Assembly (NCBI GenBank): GCA_012729855.1
Contig: JAAYCI010000097.1
Span: 12,101 to 76,100 of the forward strand
Source: Oscillospiraceae bacterium
GTDB taxonomy: Bacteria > Bacillota > Clostridia > Oscillospirales > Ruminococcaceae
DNA length: 64,000 bases
Reading direction: 5' to 3'
Shown here: positions 23,201-30,965 of the stretch, in pieces
Position numbering within the stretch: the first letter of the stretch is position 1
Layout: the number at the start of each line of letters is the position of its first letter
The notes under the pieces: model-generated
Databases searched by the model: none
What the model was told of the DNA's origin: nothing
The model's input: the letters and a program-made list of their open reading frames with translations, nothing else
Translations under genes and position numbers: made by a program

Positions 23201-24979
23201 CTTGGCGGCGTAGCTCTTGTAGGCAGCGTCCTTCATGTATTTCACGGCGTCGTCAATGGGGATAACGCCCGACAGCTTGAAGAAGGCGCTTTGCAAAATG
23301 GTGTTGGTGCGCTTGCCCATGCCGATGTCGCGGGCGATGTCGATGGCGTTGACGAGGTAGACCTCCACATTGTTTTCGGCGATGTAACGCTTGGCCTCGC
23401 CGGAGAGGTGGCCGGCCAGCTCCTCGGGTGTCCACTGGGCGCTCACCAAAAACTTGCCGCCGGGCTTCACGTCGCGCACCATTTGCAAGCCCTTGATGAT
23501 GTAGGCCGGGGTGTGGCAGGCCACGAAGTCGGCCTTTTTCACGTAGTAGGGGGCCTTGATGGGCTTGTCGCCAAAGCGCAGGTGGCTGATGGTGACACCG
23601 CCGGTTTTTTTGCTGTCGTACTGGAAGTAGGCCTGCACGTATTTGTCGGTGTGGTCGCCGATGATCTTGATGCTGTTCTTGTTGGCGCCCACGGTGCCGT
23701 CGCCGCCCAGGCCAAAGAACTTGCAGCTGACGGTGCCGGCCGGGGTGGTGTCGGCGCAGTCGTCGCGCAGGGGCAGGCTGAGGTGGGTCACATCGTCGTT
23801 GATGCCGATGGTGAAATTGTTTTTGGGCTGCGCCGCGGCCAGGTTCTCGTACACGGCGAAAATCTGCTGGGGCTGGGTATCCTTGCTGCTCAGGCCGTAG
23901 CGGCCGCCCACCACGGTGGCGTCCACCTTGCCGGCCAGCGCGGCCAGCACGTCGATGTAAAGCGGCTCGCCCAGGGCGCCGGGCTCCTTGGTGCGGTCCA
24001 GCACGGCGATGTTCTTCACGGTTTTGGGCAGGGCTTCGATGAGCTTATCGGCGCAGAAGGGGCGGTAGAGCCGCACCTTGACCAGGCCCACCTTTTCGCC
24101 GGCGGCCATCAGGTAGTCGATGACTTCCTCGGCCACGTCGCAGATGGAGCCCATGGCCACGATGACACGGTCGGCGTCGGGTGCGCCGTAGTAGTTGAAC
24201 AGGCCGTAGCTGGTGCCCAGCTTTTTGTTCACCTCGCCCATGTAGTGCTCCACAATGCCGGGCACGGCGGCGTAGTACTGGTTGGCGGCCTCGCGGTTCT
24301 GGAAGAAGATGTCGGGGTTCTGGTGGCTGCCGCGCATGGTGGGGTGCTGGGGGTTCAGCGCGCGGGCGCGAAAGCCGGCCAAGGCCTCTTGGTCGATCAT
24401 GCCGGCCAGCTCGTCGTAGTCCCAGGTTTCGATTTTTTGGATCTCGTGGCTGGTGCGGAAGCCGTCGAAGAAGTTGAGGAAGGGCACCCGGCTTTTGAGG
24501 GAGGCCAGGTGGGCCACGGGGGTAAGGTCCATCACTTCCTGGGGGTTACTTTCGGCCAGCATGGCAAAGCCGGTTTGGCGGCAGGCGTAAATATCGGAAT
24601 GGTCGCCAAAAATGGAGAGTGCGTGGGTGGCCACCGAGCGGGCCGTGCAGTTGATGACGGCCGGCAGCAGCTCGCCCGCCATTTTGTACATGTTGGGAAT
24701 CATGAGCAGCAGGCCCTGGCTGGCGGTGTAGGTGGTGGTGAGGGCGCCGGCGTTCAAGGACCCGTGCACCGCGCCGGCCGCGCCGGCCTCGCTTTGCAGC
24801 TCGATAACGCTCACTTCGTCGCCAAAGATGTTTTTCAGGCCCTGCGCCGACCAGGTGTCGGTGATTTCGGCCATGGGGGACGACGGCGTGATGGGGTAGA
24901 TGGCGGCAACTTCGGTAAAGGCATAGCTGGCGTGGGCCGCCGCTGTGTTGCCGTCCATGGTTTGTTTGGCTCTGGGCAT
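20207..24979 (-). CDS. nifJ: Pyruvate:ferredoxin (flavodoxin) oxidoreductase, expanded to about 1590 aa
   Basis: Canonical PFOR motifs run throughout: the YPITPSS N-terminus, two CxxCxxCxxxCP ferredoxin motifs, and GGDGWAYDIGYGG (TPP). Start set at ATG 24979 after AGGAGG; the track ORF extends to 25141. Confidence 0.95.
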   Translation of the reverse strand: MPRAKQTMDGNTAAAHASYAFTEVAAIYPITPSSPMAEITDTWSAQGLKNIFGDEVSVIELQSEAGAAGAVHGSLNAGALTTTYTASQGLLLMIPNMYKMAGELLPAVINCTARSVATHALSIFGDHSDIYACRQTGFAMLAESNPQEVMDLTPVAHLASLKSRVPFLNFFDGFRTSHEIQKIETWDYDELAGMIDQEALAGFRARALNPQHPTMRGSHQNPDIFFQNREAANQYYAAVPGIVEHYMGEVNKKLGTSYGLFNYYGAPDADRVIVAMGSICDVAEEVIDYLMAAGEKVGLVKVRLYRPFCADKLIEALPKTVKNIAVLDRTKEPGALGEPLYIDVLAALAGKVDATVVGGRYGLSSKDTQPQQIFAVYENLAAAQPKNNFTIGINDDVTHLSLPLRDDCADTTPAGTVSCKFFGLGGDGTVGANKNSIKIIGDHTDKYVQAYFQYDSKKTGGVTISHLRFGDKPIKAPYYVKKADFVACHTPAYIIKGLQMVRDVKPGGKFLVSAQWTPEELAGHLSGEAKRYIAENNVEVYLVNAIDIARDIGMGKRTNTILQSAFFKLSGVIPIDDAVKYMKDAAYKSYAAKGDAIVQSNYKAIDAGVDAIVKLDIPADWKDAPLKARHESPEAARARLKRKTEKLITIEHGVHEDLKAAAQKWLDTYDDAVANAEATAAYIAEMDACIADVDYSINIVENVMPKEYQEKYYPGVPERLYKAKAAGITLCQCDGCLLADEIRSEKHYLEKRVSPEAMRAQLKAKTEKLISIEHGVHEDLKAAAQKWLDTYDDEAANAEATAAYIAEMDACIADVDYSLHIAQDVMPKEYREAHYPGVLERLLAAKEKGITLCQCDGCLLANDIRSRKGYLAKRADAEAVRAELKAKTEKLMQMEHGVHDDLKAVAQQWLDTYDDAAANAEATEAYIAEMDECIAPIDYSINIAENVMTKEYRDEHYPGVYEALLDAKAAGKTICQCGGCLLADEIRSQKAYLAKPGAGGSAKLETMVHTIMEPVNLNYGDDVPVSAFIEHADGTFQQGAAAYEKRGVAVDVPEWQADKCIQCNQCAYVCPHATIRPFALDAADMAGAPGALKHATMKGKDVDQYQFTQAISPLDCMGCGVCAQVCPAPGKALEMKGQESQLPQQEVFDWCVANVSKKDGMMSETSVKGSQFNQPLLEFSGSCAGCAETAYARLVTQLYGERMYISNATGCSSIWGGPAATSPYTISKRNGQGPAWANSLFEDNAENGYGMYLGQKAIRARLKRLTEKMLAADTTPPLREAAQKWLDTFDDGKANETATAAYIAQLQDGVMSVDEGLEYVHSDFAKNKFGERIGKVEDYFKNLKEKGVKNCVCEACATAEQILAEKDYLSKKSVWIFGGDGWAYDIGYGGLDHVLASGEDVNVFVFDTEVYSNTGGQASKASQTGQVAQFAAAGKNIGKKSLAEMAMAYGYVYVAQIAMGADQNQTIKAIAEAESYHGPSLIIGYAPCEMHGIKGGMVNCQSEMKKAVQAGYWFNFRFDPSKKAEGKNPFTLDSKEPTGDYLEFIGNETRYSSLKLSFPDRADKLFSEAADQSKDRYAYLQRLGALYEPK
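21989..23086 (-). repeat. Three tandem 366-bp (122-aa) coding repeats inside PFOR
   Basis: The anchor GTGCACGCCGTGCTC recurs at 22283, 22649 and 23015, an exact 366-bp period. The peptide repeats are RA.LK.KTEKL...HGVH.DLKA.AQ.WLDTYDD...C(Q)C.GC. Confidence 0.92.
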
Positions 24980-25198
24980 GTGTTTGTCCTCCTGTCGCGT
25001 TTGATGATGCTTTGTTCTCAATACTCTGCCGGTGTTTCGCACTTTTTGAACAAGCTTAAAAACACCATACGCCGCCGCGCATGCGGCGACGCCCCGTTCT
25101 GCCTGCGGAAGCGCTTTGGGCTTCCGCTTGCGCTGTTGCACCGGAACAATAGGGTCACTTTATCGCATCGGCACCCCTCTAAAAGCGCGTTTGAAGTT

Positions 25199-25227
25199 AT
25201 TTTAACATTGCCACTGTGCAAGTGCAA
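25199..25227 (-). promoter_or_regulatory. Putative PFOR promoter (-35 TTGCAC, 17 nt, -10 TAAAAT)
   Basis: The minus strand reads TTGCAC-TTGCACAGTGGCAATGT-TAAAAT, which implies a leader of about 210 nt. Confidence 0.45.
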
Positions 25228-25609
25228 GCAAAAACCCGCAAATACGCCCGGTTTTTACCGCACTGCGCCATTTGCCGCCGGGGCTGGCCATGCAATTGAC
25301 TTTTTACACAGCCGCGCCTAAAATGGAAAGATGGCATGGGGCGGCTTTGCGCATGGCCGGCTTTTGAGCTAGGCTTTTGGTGTGGTAAAGCGTATAGGCC
25401 GATACCTCTTTATTGTATAAGGCGCATGTATTTATGCGCAAAGTATAGTCGGGTATTTGCCGTAAATGCTATTGATTGTTATCGAATTTTTGGTGCCTGC
25501 ATAAATATTGCGGGGTTTTTAGGCGAATTAAATTTGATTTTAAGCGTATATTTTTACCAATTAAATAAACCCGCAATAAATGCGGGATAAATGCATGGGA
25601 GGCCCTGCG

Positions 25610-26164
25610 ATGGCGGAGCATATGGAACGGCAGACAGCCAGCACCGAGATTTATAAAGGCCATATTTTTACCATAACCAAAGACGAGGTGCTGCTGGAAA
25701 ACGGCAAGCCGGTGACGCGCGAGGTGGTGCACCACACGGGCGGCGCTGCCGTGGTGGCGCTGAACGACCGTGGCGAGGTGGCCCTGGTGCGGCAGTACCG
25801 CTATGCGGCAAAGCAGGAGCTGATAGAGCTGCCCGCCGGCAAGCTGGAGCCGGGGGAAGACCCCCGCGAAACGGCCATACGCGAGCTGGCCGAGGAGGCG
25901 GGCCTTAAAGCCGACAGCGTGGTGCCCTTTGGCGGCGTGATACCCACGCCCGCCTACTGCACCGAGGTGCTGTACAACTACCTGGCCACCGGCCTGCACA
26001 CCGTGCCCCGCAACCTGGACGAGGACGAGTTTGTGGATGTGTTTTGGCTGGGCCTGGACGAGGCGGTGGAGATGGTGCTGGACGGCCGCATCACCGACGC
26101 CAAGACGGTGGCGGGGCTGCTGCGGGCGCAGCTGCTGAAGGTGACGGGGCAGCTGCCAGTTTAG
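25610..26164 (+). CDS. NUDIX hydrolase (ADP-ribose pyrophosphatase-like)
   Basis: Nudix box GKLEPGEDPRETAIRELAEEAG. The ATG is preceded by GGGAGG. Confidence 0.85.
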   Translation: MAEHMERQTASTEIYKGHIFTITKDEVLLENGKPVTREVVHHTGGAAVVALNDRGEVALVRQYRYAAKQELIELPAGKLEPGEDPRETAIRELAEEAGLKADSVVPFGGVIPTPAYCTEVLYNYLATGLHTVPRNLDEDEFVDVFWLGLDEAVEMVLDGRITDAKTVAGLLRAQLLKVTGQLPV

Positions 26165-26211
26165 CAGAACCGCGGGTGTTTGCGTGCCATTAAAACATCT
26201 TTTTCAATCAT

Positions 26212-26246
26212 AAAAAATCGCGGGTTTTTTGGCCCGCGATTTTTTA
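26212..26246. terminator. Bidirectional terminator
   Basis: AAAAATCGCGGG / CCCGCGATTTTT stem flanked by A and T runs, lying between convergent genes. Confidence 0.75.
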
Positions 26247-26534
26247 TCGGGTTTTTTCTTCGGTTTTGGCTTCTTTAAAGCCATCCTCATAGCCCATACA
26301 ATAGGCATGGTAAGCTTTATGGGCCAAGAGGTCATTTTGCAGGCCGTAGAATTTCTCCAGCTGCATTTTGTCCTCTCCGGCCATCATGCCGTCGTATTGC
26401 TGCAGGGTTTTTTCAAAGGCGTCCTGTATGCGCTGTAATGCACTGCACCGGTGTGACGATAATTCCAGTTCGCTTTCAATGCGGTCTTTATGCTCGGCAA
26501 TGATGAAATCCATCTGCGCCTTGTTCAGCGGCAT
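26244..26534 (-). CDS. Hypothetical 96-aa protein, divergent from an XRE regulator
   Basis: Clean ORF in a low-G+C patch. I recognise no family. Confidence 0.5.
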   Translation of the reverse strand: MPLNKAQMDFIIAEHKDRIESELELSSHRCSALQRIQDAFEKTLQQYDGMMAGEDKMQLEKFYGLQNDLLAHKAYHAYCMGYEDGFKEAKTEEKTR

Positions 26535-26611
26535 GGCATTTCCCCCCTTTAATCTGTAGATGGTGTTTGGTTGTCTTTCCCAATGATAGCGCGACTAAGC
26601 GTTATCTGTCA

Positions 26612-26682
26612 AGTACTCTATAGTTATAGTAAACTATAATTATAAAATACTATGATTATCTTTTGCTTAATTCTAGAGTACA
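26612..26682. promoter_or_regulatory. Divergent promoter/operator region with nested inverted repeats
   Basis: Outer inverted repeat AGTACTCTA (26612-26620) / TAGAGTACA (26674-26682). Central near-palindrome TTATAGTAAACTATAA (26624-26639), which overlaps a TATAAT hexamer. Confidence 0.5.
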
Positions 26683-26701
26683 CTGACTATGGTGATGCAG
26701 C

Positions 26702-26905
26702 ATGTTAGAGTTTAGAATTGACGAATTATTGAAAGAGCAAAATAAGTCTAGGTATTGGCTGGTTAAGGAATTACACACATCTTATCCGGTCATTGATAAC
26801 CTGGCTGATAATACGGCGCGGGCCGTGCGGCTGGATACTTTGGAAAAGCTGATGAAAGCCTTTGACTGCGAAATTGGGGATTTATTCAAAAAGAAAACGC
26901 AATAA
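26702..26905 (+). CDS. Small XRE/Cro-type helix-turn-helix regulator (67 aa)
   Basis: The pattern ...WLVKELHTSYPVIDNLADN.ARAVRLDTLEKLMKAFDCEIGDLF resembles YozG-like short HTH proteins. Confidence 0.7.
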   Translation: MLEFRIDELLKEQNKSRYWLVKELHTSYPVIDNLADNTARAVRLDTLEKLMKAFDCEIGDLFKKKTQ

Positions 26906-26976
26906 AATCGCATTTAAAAGAGCACCCGGCAGCATGGGTGCTCTTTGTATTATTCCAAAGCTATTTGTTTTGCCGG

Positions 26977-28947
26977 CTATTTTTTATACCGGTTGTACCG
27001 GTATTCCGCACTGCTCACCTCCATGGCCCGAATGCGCTGGTTGGCCAGGGTGTCGTTTATGGTGCCGGCGGTCTCGCGGGCGGTGCGCTGCTCGCTGAAC
27101 AAAATCTGATACAGCTCGCTTCTCAGGGCCGAATCGGTGGTGTTTTCCATCACCAGGCGGCCGGCCTCAAAGGCTTCCGCGCCGCCGCGGTAGGTGGCGC
27201 TCGCCACCAGCGTGGTATCAAAGCCGGGCAGGCTGCCGTCCAGGTAGCGGCCTGCGTTGTAGCGGGCCACGGCGCCGTCGGGGTTGGTAAGGCACAGCAG
27301 GCACACCAGCGCCGCGCCGGCCACCAGCGCAAACCGCACAATGGAAAACGCCTTGAACTGCAGCAGGATGACCGCCCCGCACACCAGCGCCAGGAATACC
27401 AGGAACACGCAGACCATCACCCGCCGCGCGGTGAGGCCGTAGGCCCCGATGTAAAGCGCCATCTTGCTGAACGCCGTGGCGATAAGCAGCAGCGTGAGCG
27501 CGCTGAGGGCGATGGACAGCCAGCGCAGGGGGGTGAAGTCCTGCCGTTTTTTCTGGCAAACGGCGCAGGCCAGGGCCAGCAGGCCCAGGTTGATGACGGC
27601 GATGCGGCAGAGCTCGAAAAAGCCGTCGCGCGCCAGCTGGGAGTATACCTCGTAGCCGGGCGGGCGCTGGCCGGCAAAGGCGGAGAAAAAGTAGGGGACC
27701 TGGCAGGCGATGAACACCACATACAGCGCGCACACCACCCCCAGCACGGTGGCCACCGTGGCGCCGGGAATTACCCGCAGGGCCAGCATGCCGCGCGCCA
27801 CGCCTTTTTTATCGATGCCGTTTGTATAGCGCTTGTGGGAAAGCCCCGCAATGAGCCCAAACAGGTAAAGCGCCACCGGGAAGCCCAGCACCAGCTGCCA
27901 CAGGCCGTCCCACAGCTCTGGCAGAATTTGCAGGCTTGCCGCCCACCGGGCCACACCGCCCAGCATTTGGCCAAACACGCCGCCGTCTGCCTGAATAAGC
28001 ATGGGCAGCAGCAGGAAAAGCAGCGGGATGCACAGCAGCAGCCCCAGCAGGGCGTACACCCAGGTCAGCCTGGTTTTTCCGCTGTTTTCCGAAGTTTTCC
28101 GCTTTTCGCCTTGCTTAAAACTTGCCAACCCCTTAAAAATAAGGCCGAAGTTGCGCAGGGGAACCACGAAAAGAAGGTTGATGACATCAAAGAAAAAGTA
28201 GTTGCTGCTTTTGTGGGCCATCAGCCCGCCAAACAGGCTGCCGCACCAGTATACGGCGGCGCCAAACAGCAGCAGCGCGCGCAGGAAAAACATGGATCCG
28301 CCGGGCCACAGCCCATAGGTGGCGCCCACCGCCAGCAGGATGACCAGCCAGAACCAACTGGCCGCAGCCGGGCGGATGTGCCGTACCCTGGCGTAAACCA
28401 GCACAGTGCCGGCATAAACACCGGTAAACAGCGAAACCCCCAGCCCCCCGGCGATAACCGGCGCAAAAAGCAGCGTGACCCAGCGGATAAATAAGAACCC
28501 CAGCACAAAGCAGGCAATGGCAAACCAGGCGTCGGCGCGGGTACCGTTAAAAGGCTGGGCCTCTTTTACCGGATAAACCGGGACATAGGCGCTTTGCAGC
28601 GGCGGGCCGCCCGCCGGCTGTGGAATGGGCGCCCCGGGCGGGGGCGGGTAAGGCCCCGTAGCGCGAGACCGGCCTGGGGCAGCCGAACTGCCGTGCGCAC
28701 CGCCTTGTGAAGAACCCCCGGCAGCCTGAGCCATGGCGTTTGGCGGGTGGGGGATGCGCGCGCCCGGCGGGGGTGGTGGGTAGACGCCCGGTGCCTGGGC
28801 GCCGTTGGCCGGCTGATGGTTGCCCGGCGGCTGAGGCGGCGCGGGGTTCTGGGCATTGGGGGCGCAGCCGCCCGGCTGGGCATTCGCGTTTTGGGGCGCA
28901 TTGAACTGGGGCGGGCGGTTTTCGCCCACCGGCTGGTAGTTATTCAT
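26977..28947 (-). CDS. Polytopic membrane protein (DUF4153/DUF4173-like) with a Pro-rich N-terminal extension
   Basis: About 656 aa: roughly 130 aa of P/Q/G/A-rich sequence followed by more than 10 hydrophobic segments. The DUF assignment is from memory and tentative. Start set at the ATG after GAGGAG. Confidence 0.6.
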   Translation of the reverse strand: MNNYQPVGENRPPQFNAPQNANAQPGGCAPNAQNPAPPQPPGNHQPANGAQAPGVYPPPPPGARIPHPPNAMAQAAGGSSQGGAHGSSAAPGRSRATGPYPPPPGAPIPQPAGGPPLQSAYVPVYPVKEAQPFNGTRADAWFAIACFVLGFLFIRWVTLLFAPVIAGGLGVSLFTGVYAGTVLVYARVRHIRPAAASWFWLVILLAVGATYGLWPGGSMFFLRALLLFGAAVYWCGSLFGGLMAHKSSNYFFFDVINLLFVVPLRNFGLIFKGLASFKQGEKRKTSENSGKTRLTWVYALLGLLLCIPLLFLLLPMLIQADGGVFGQMLGGVARWAASLQILPELWDGLWQLVLGFPVALYLFGLIAGLSHKRYTNGIDKKGVARGMLALRVIPGATVATVLGVVCALYVVFIACQVPYFFSAFAGQRPPGYEVYSQLARDGFFELCRIAVINLGLLALACAVCQKKRQDFTPLRWLSIALSALTLLLIATAFSKMALYIGAYGLTARRVMVCVFLVFLALVCGAVILLQFKAFSIVRFALVAGAALVCLLCLTNPDGAVARYNAGRYLDGSLPGFDTTLVASATYRGGAEAFEAGRLVMENTTDSALRSELYQILFSEQRTARETAGTINDTLANQRIRAMEVSSAEYRYNRYKK

Positions 28948-29124
28948 AATCAATCTCCTCTTGGCTGGCACTACGCGCAGTTTCTATTTTGCACTGGTTT
29001 TATTTGTATATTTACAATTTGTTCATAATTTATTATATACTCGTTCTGTCGCCAATATTTTATATTTTTGAGATTTATCCGCTATTATCGTGTATTTATG
29101 GTAATTATGGCTGGTTTTATGCGT

Positions 29125-29340
29125 TTATGCCTTGGGCGGGGCGCGGTATTCCAGAATATCGCCCGGCTGGCAGGCCAGCGCCTCGCAAATGGCCTCCAGC
29201 GTGGAGAAGCGCACCGCTTTGGCCTTGCCGGTTTTTAAAATAGACAGGTTGGCCTGGCTGATGCCGATTTTCTCGGCCAGCTCTCCGGAAGATATTTTAC
29301 GTTGTGCCATCACAACATCCAGGTTCACAATGATGGGCAT
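29125..29340 (-). CDS. YozG-like short HTH transcriptional regulator (71 aa)
   Basis: NLDVVMAQRKISSGELAEKIGISQANLSILKTGKAKAVRFSTLEAICEALACQPGDILEY. Confidence 0.8.
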   Translation of the reverse strand: MPIIVNLDVVMAQRKISSGELAEKIGISQANLSILKTGKAKAVRFSTLEAICEALACQPGDILEYRAPPKA

Positions 29341-29548
29341 GGGGGGCCTCCTGTAGTGGGTGGGGGTTGATTGCCGGCGCTGGTGGGGCAGGGCCTGTTA
29401 ACATAAATGGGGGTGCATGGATTTTGAGCTGATTTGAGCGTATTTCAGGAACGGTGCGTGCGCAACCCTTTTGAATTGCGATTGGGCCCAACGCAGAAAG
29501 ACGCAAAATCGGCCAAAAGGACGGGCTGCTTGCTTATGTTAACAGGCT

Positions 29549-29998
29549 CTAAATGGTGTAGTCATTTTCTTCCTTCAGGGCCAGCGCCTGGGCCAGCACG
29601 TTTTTCACCACGCGTACAATCAGGCCAATAAACGCGGCGGCCACGGCCACCGCCCCCCAGGGCAGATAGTAGATGGCCGAAAACAGGCAGATGAACGCGC
29701 CGGCAAAGCAGCACCAGGAGATACCCCGCAGCAGGGAAATATTTTTGGCTGTGAACACCCCGCCCTGCCCAATGTTATGCAGCAGGCGGTAAAGCTGCAC
29801 CAGCAAAATGCCGGCAAACACGCCGCCGCTGTACAGGGTGGCCAAAAACCAGGGGGTGTGCTGTTGATGCGCGTTGGCCGAAAACCCGATGAGCCAGGAG
29901 ACCAGCCACGGCCCGGCAATAAGCGCCGCCGCCAGTGCCGCCATAAACACCAGCACACATATTTTGCTAAGCAAGAGCGATCTGCGTGCGTTCCACAT
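29549..29998 (-). CDS. DUF2975-like small membrane protein
   Basis: Four TM segments and a GGVFT..N...LR motif. DUF2975 proteins typically pair with a downstream YozG-like HTH gene, as seen here. Confidence 0.65.
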   Translation of the reverse strand: MWNARRSLLLSKICVLVFMAALAAALIAGPWLVSWLIGFSANAHQQHTPWFLATLYSGGVFAGILLVQLYRLLHNIGQGGVFTAKNISLLRGISWCCFAGAFICLFSAIYYLPWGAVAVAAAFIGLIVRVVKNVLAQALALKEENDYTI

Positions 29999-30020
29999 AG
30001 TGCGTTGCCGCCTTTCTGCC

Positions 30021-30120
30021 AGAGCCGGTTAGCGATAGTTAAGCGGCTCTTAAGCCGGTTAATGATAGTTGAGCGGCTCTTGAGATGCTTAACGCCAGTT
30101 AAGCATCTCTTAAGCCGAGG
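30021..30120. repeat. About 3.3 tandem copies of a 30-bp hairpin-forming unit
   Basis: Units start at 30023, 30053, 30083 and 30113 (AGCCGGTTAGCGATAGTTAAGCGGCTCTTA and variants). The array lies directly upstream of the DUF2975-like gene. Confidence 0.75.
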
Positions 30121-30354
30121 GTTCCTTCTCAAAAAAGGCTTCCGCTGCGCCGCTGCTGGGGCGCCAGCAGGCGGGTTTGAACGCAGAATGCGCCTTTTGC
30201 CAGCATTATAGCAGGCGTATTATTGAATTGCAAGATAATTTTATCGAAAAACAATAAATTTATTTACCGTGTAATTTTATGTGCTGTTTTTTCGTATTAA
30301 ACCATACCGGCAGATGTGCATGACCTCAATAACACGGGGGCCATACCAGCTTAT

Positions 30355-30532
30355 TATACTAAAACCCCTTCAAAGCCGATACGGTTTTGAGGCCGCGCGA
30401 GAGAATCGCGCCAAACCGCCCTTCGGGCGGTTTGGTTGCCGTTCATAGTCAAACGCACACCCGCAGGGTGTGACGGCAGGCTTCGCCTGCCGTCTTGAAA
30501 ACCGTTTCGGTTTTCAAGTGGTTTGACTATAT
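30355..30532 (+). repeat. Hairpin-rich MITE-like element, copy D (full length)
   Basis: Near-identical to copy A over about 178 bp, with TA dinucleotides on both flanks. Confidence 0.85.
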
Positions 30533-30577
30533 TGTTTGATGGCAGGATATGGTGCAACGGTGCAAGGGGGTAAACCC

Positions 30578-30895
30578 ATGAAAAAATTGCTGTCCATCGT
30601 AGTGGTTGTTTTGCTTTTTCTCGTATCTGTTTACTTTATTGCTGCTTACGTAAACACATGCCAGATAGATGCGGCGTGTGTTGCCGCCGCTGAAGCCGCA
30701 CAGCTTTATCTTGCGGAAACCTATGAGGAGCATATGATTGTCTCCCATGTTTCGTATTTTTTTGTGGAAGAACTTTTTACAGCGTATTATTATCCCGCTT
30801 CAAACCCCAGTGAAACGTACCGCCTGGATTTGGCCGACCGGAACCGCTGGAAGGGGCCGTTTGCCTTTGATGTTTGGGGCGACAGCCGAACATAG
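30578..30895 (+). CDS. Hypothetical membrane-anchored or secreted small protein
   Basis: MKKLLSIVVVVLLFLVSVYFIAAY is an N-terminal hydrophobic helix. I recognise no family. Confidence 0.5.
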   Translation: MKKLLSIVVVVLLFLVSVYFIAAYVNTCQIDAACVAAAEAAQLYLAETYEEHMIVSHVSYFFVEELFTAYYYPASNPSETYRLDLADRNRWKGPFAFDVWGDSRT

Positions 30896-30921
30896 ACTGC
30901 GGTAAGAAACATGGCGCAAAC

Positions 30922-30951
30922 AAAAAAGCAGGCCGGGTGGCCTGCTTTTTT
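30922..30951. terminator. Bidirectional terminator
   Basis: AAAAAAGCAGGCC-GGGT-GGCCTGCTTTTTT. Confidence 0.8.
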
Positions 30952-30965
30952 ATGGGCATTATGCC

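Noticed and set aside
20183-25321. Very long plus-strand ORFs (659 aa at 20183-22162 and 1020 aa at 22259-25321) antisense to the PFOR gene
   Set aside because: They lie exactly opposite a gene with unmistakable PFOR motifs. Their translations are G/A/V/H/L-rich low-complexity strings with no recognisable motifs. Stop-poor antisense frames are expected at this G+C content.
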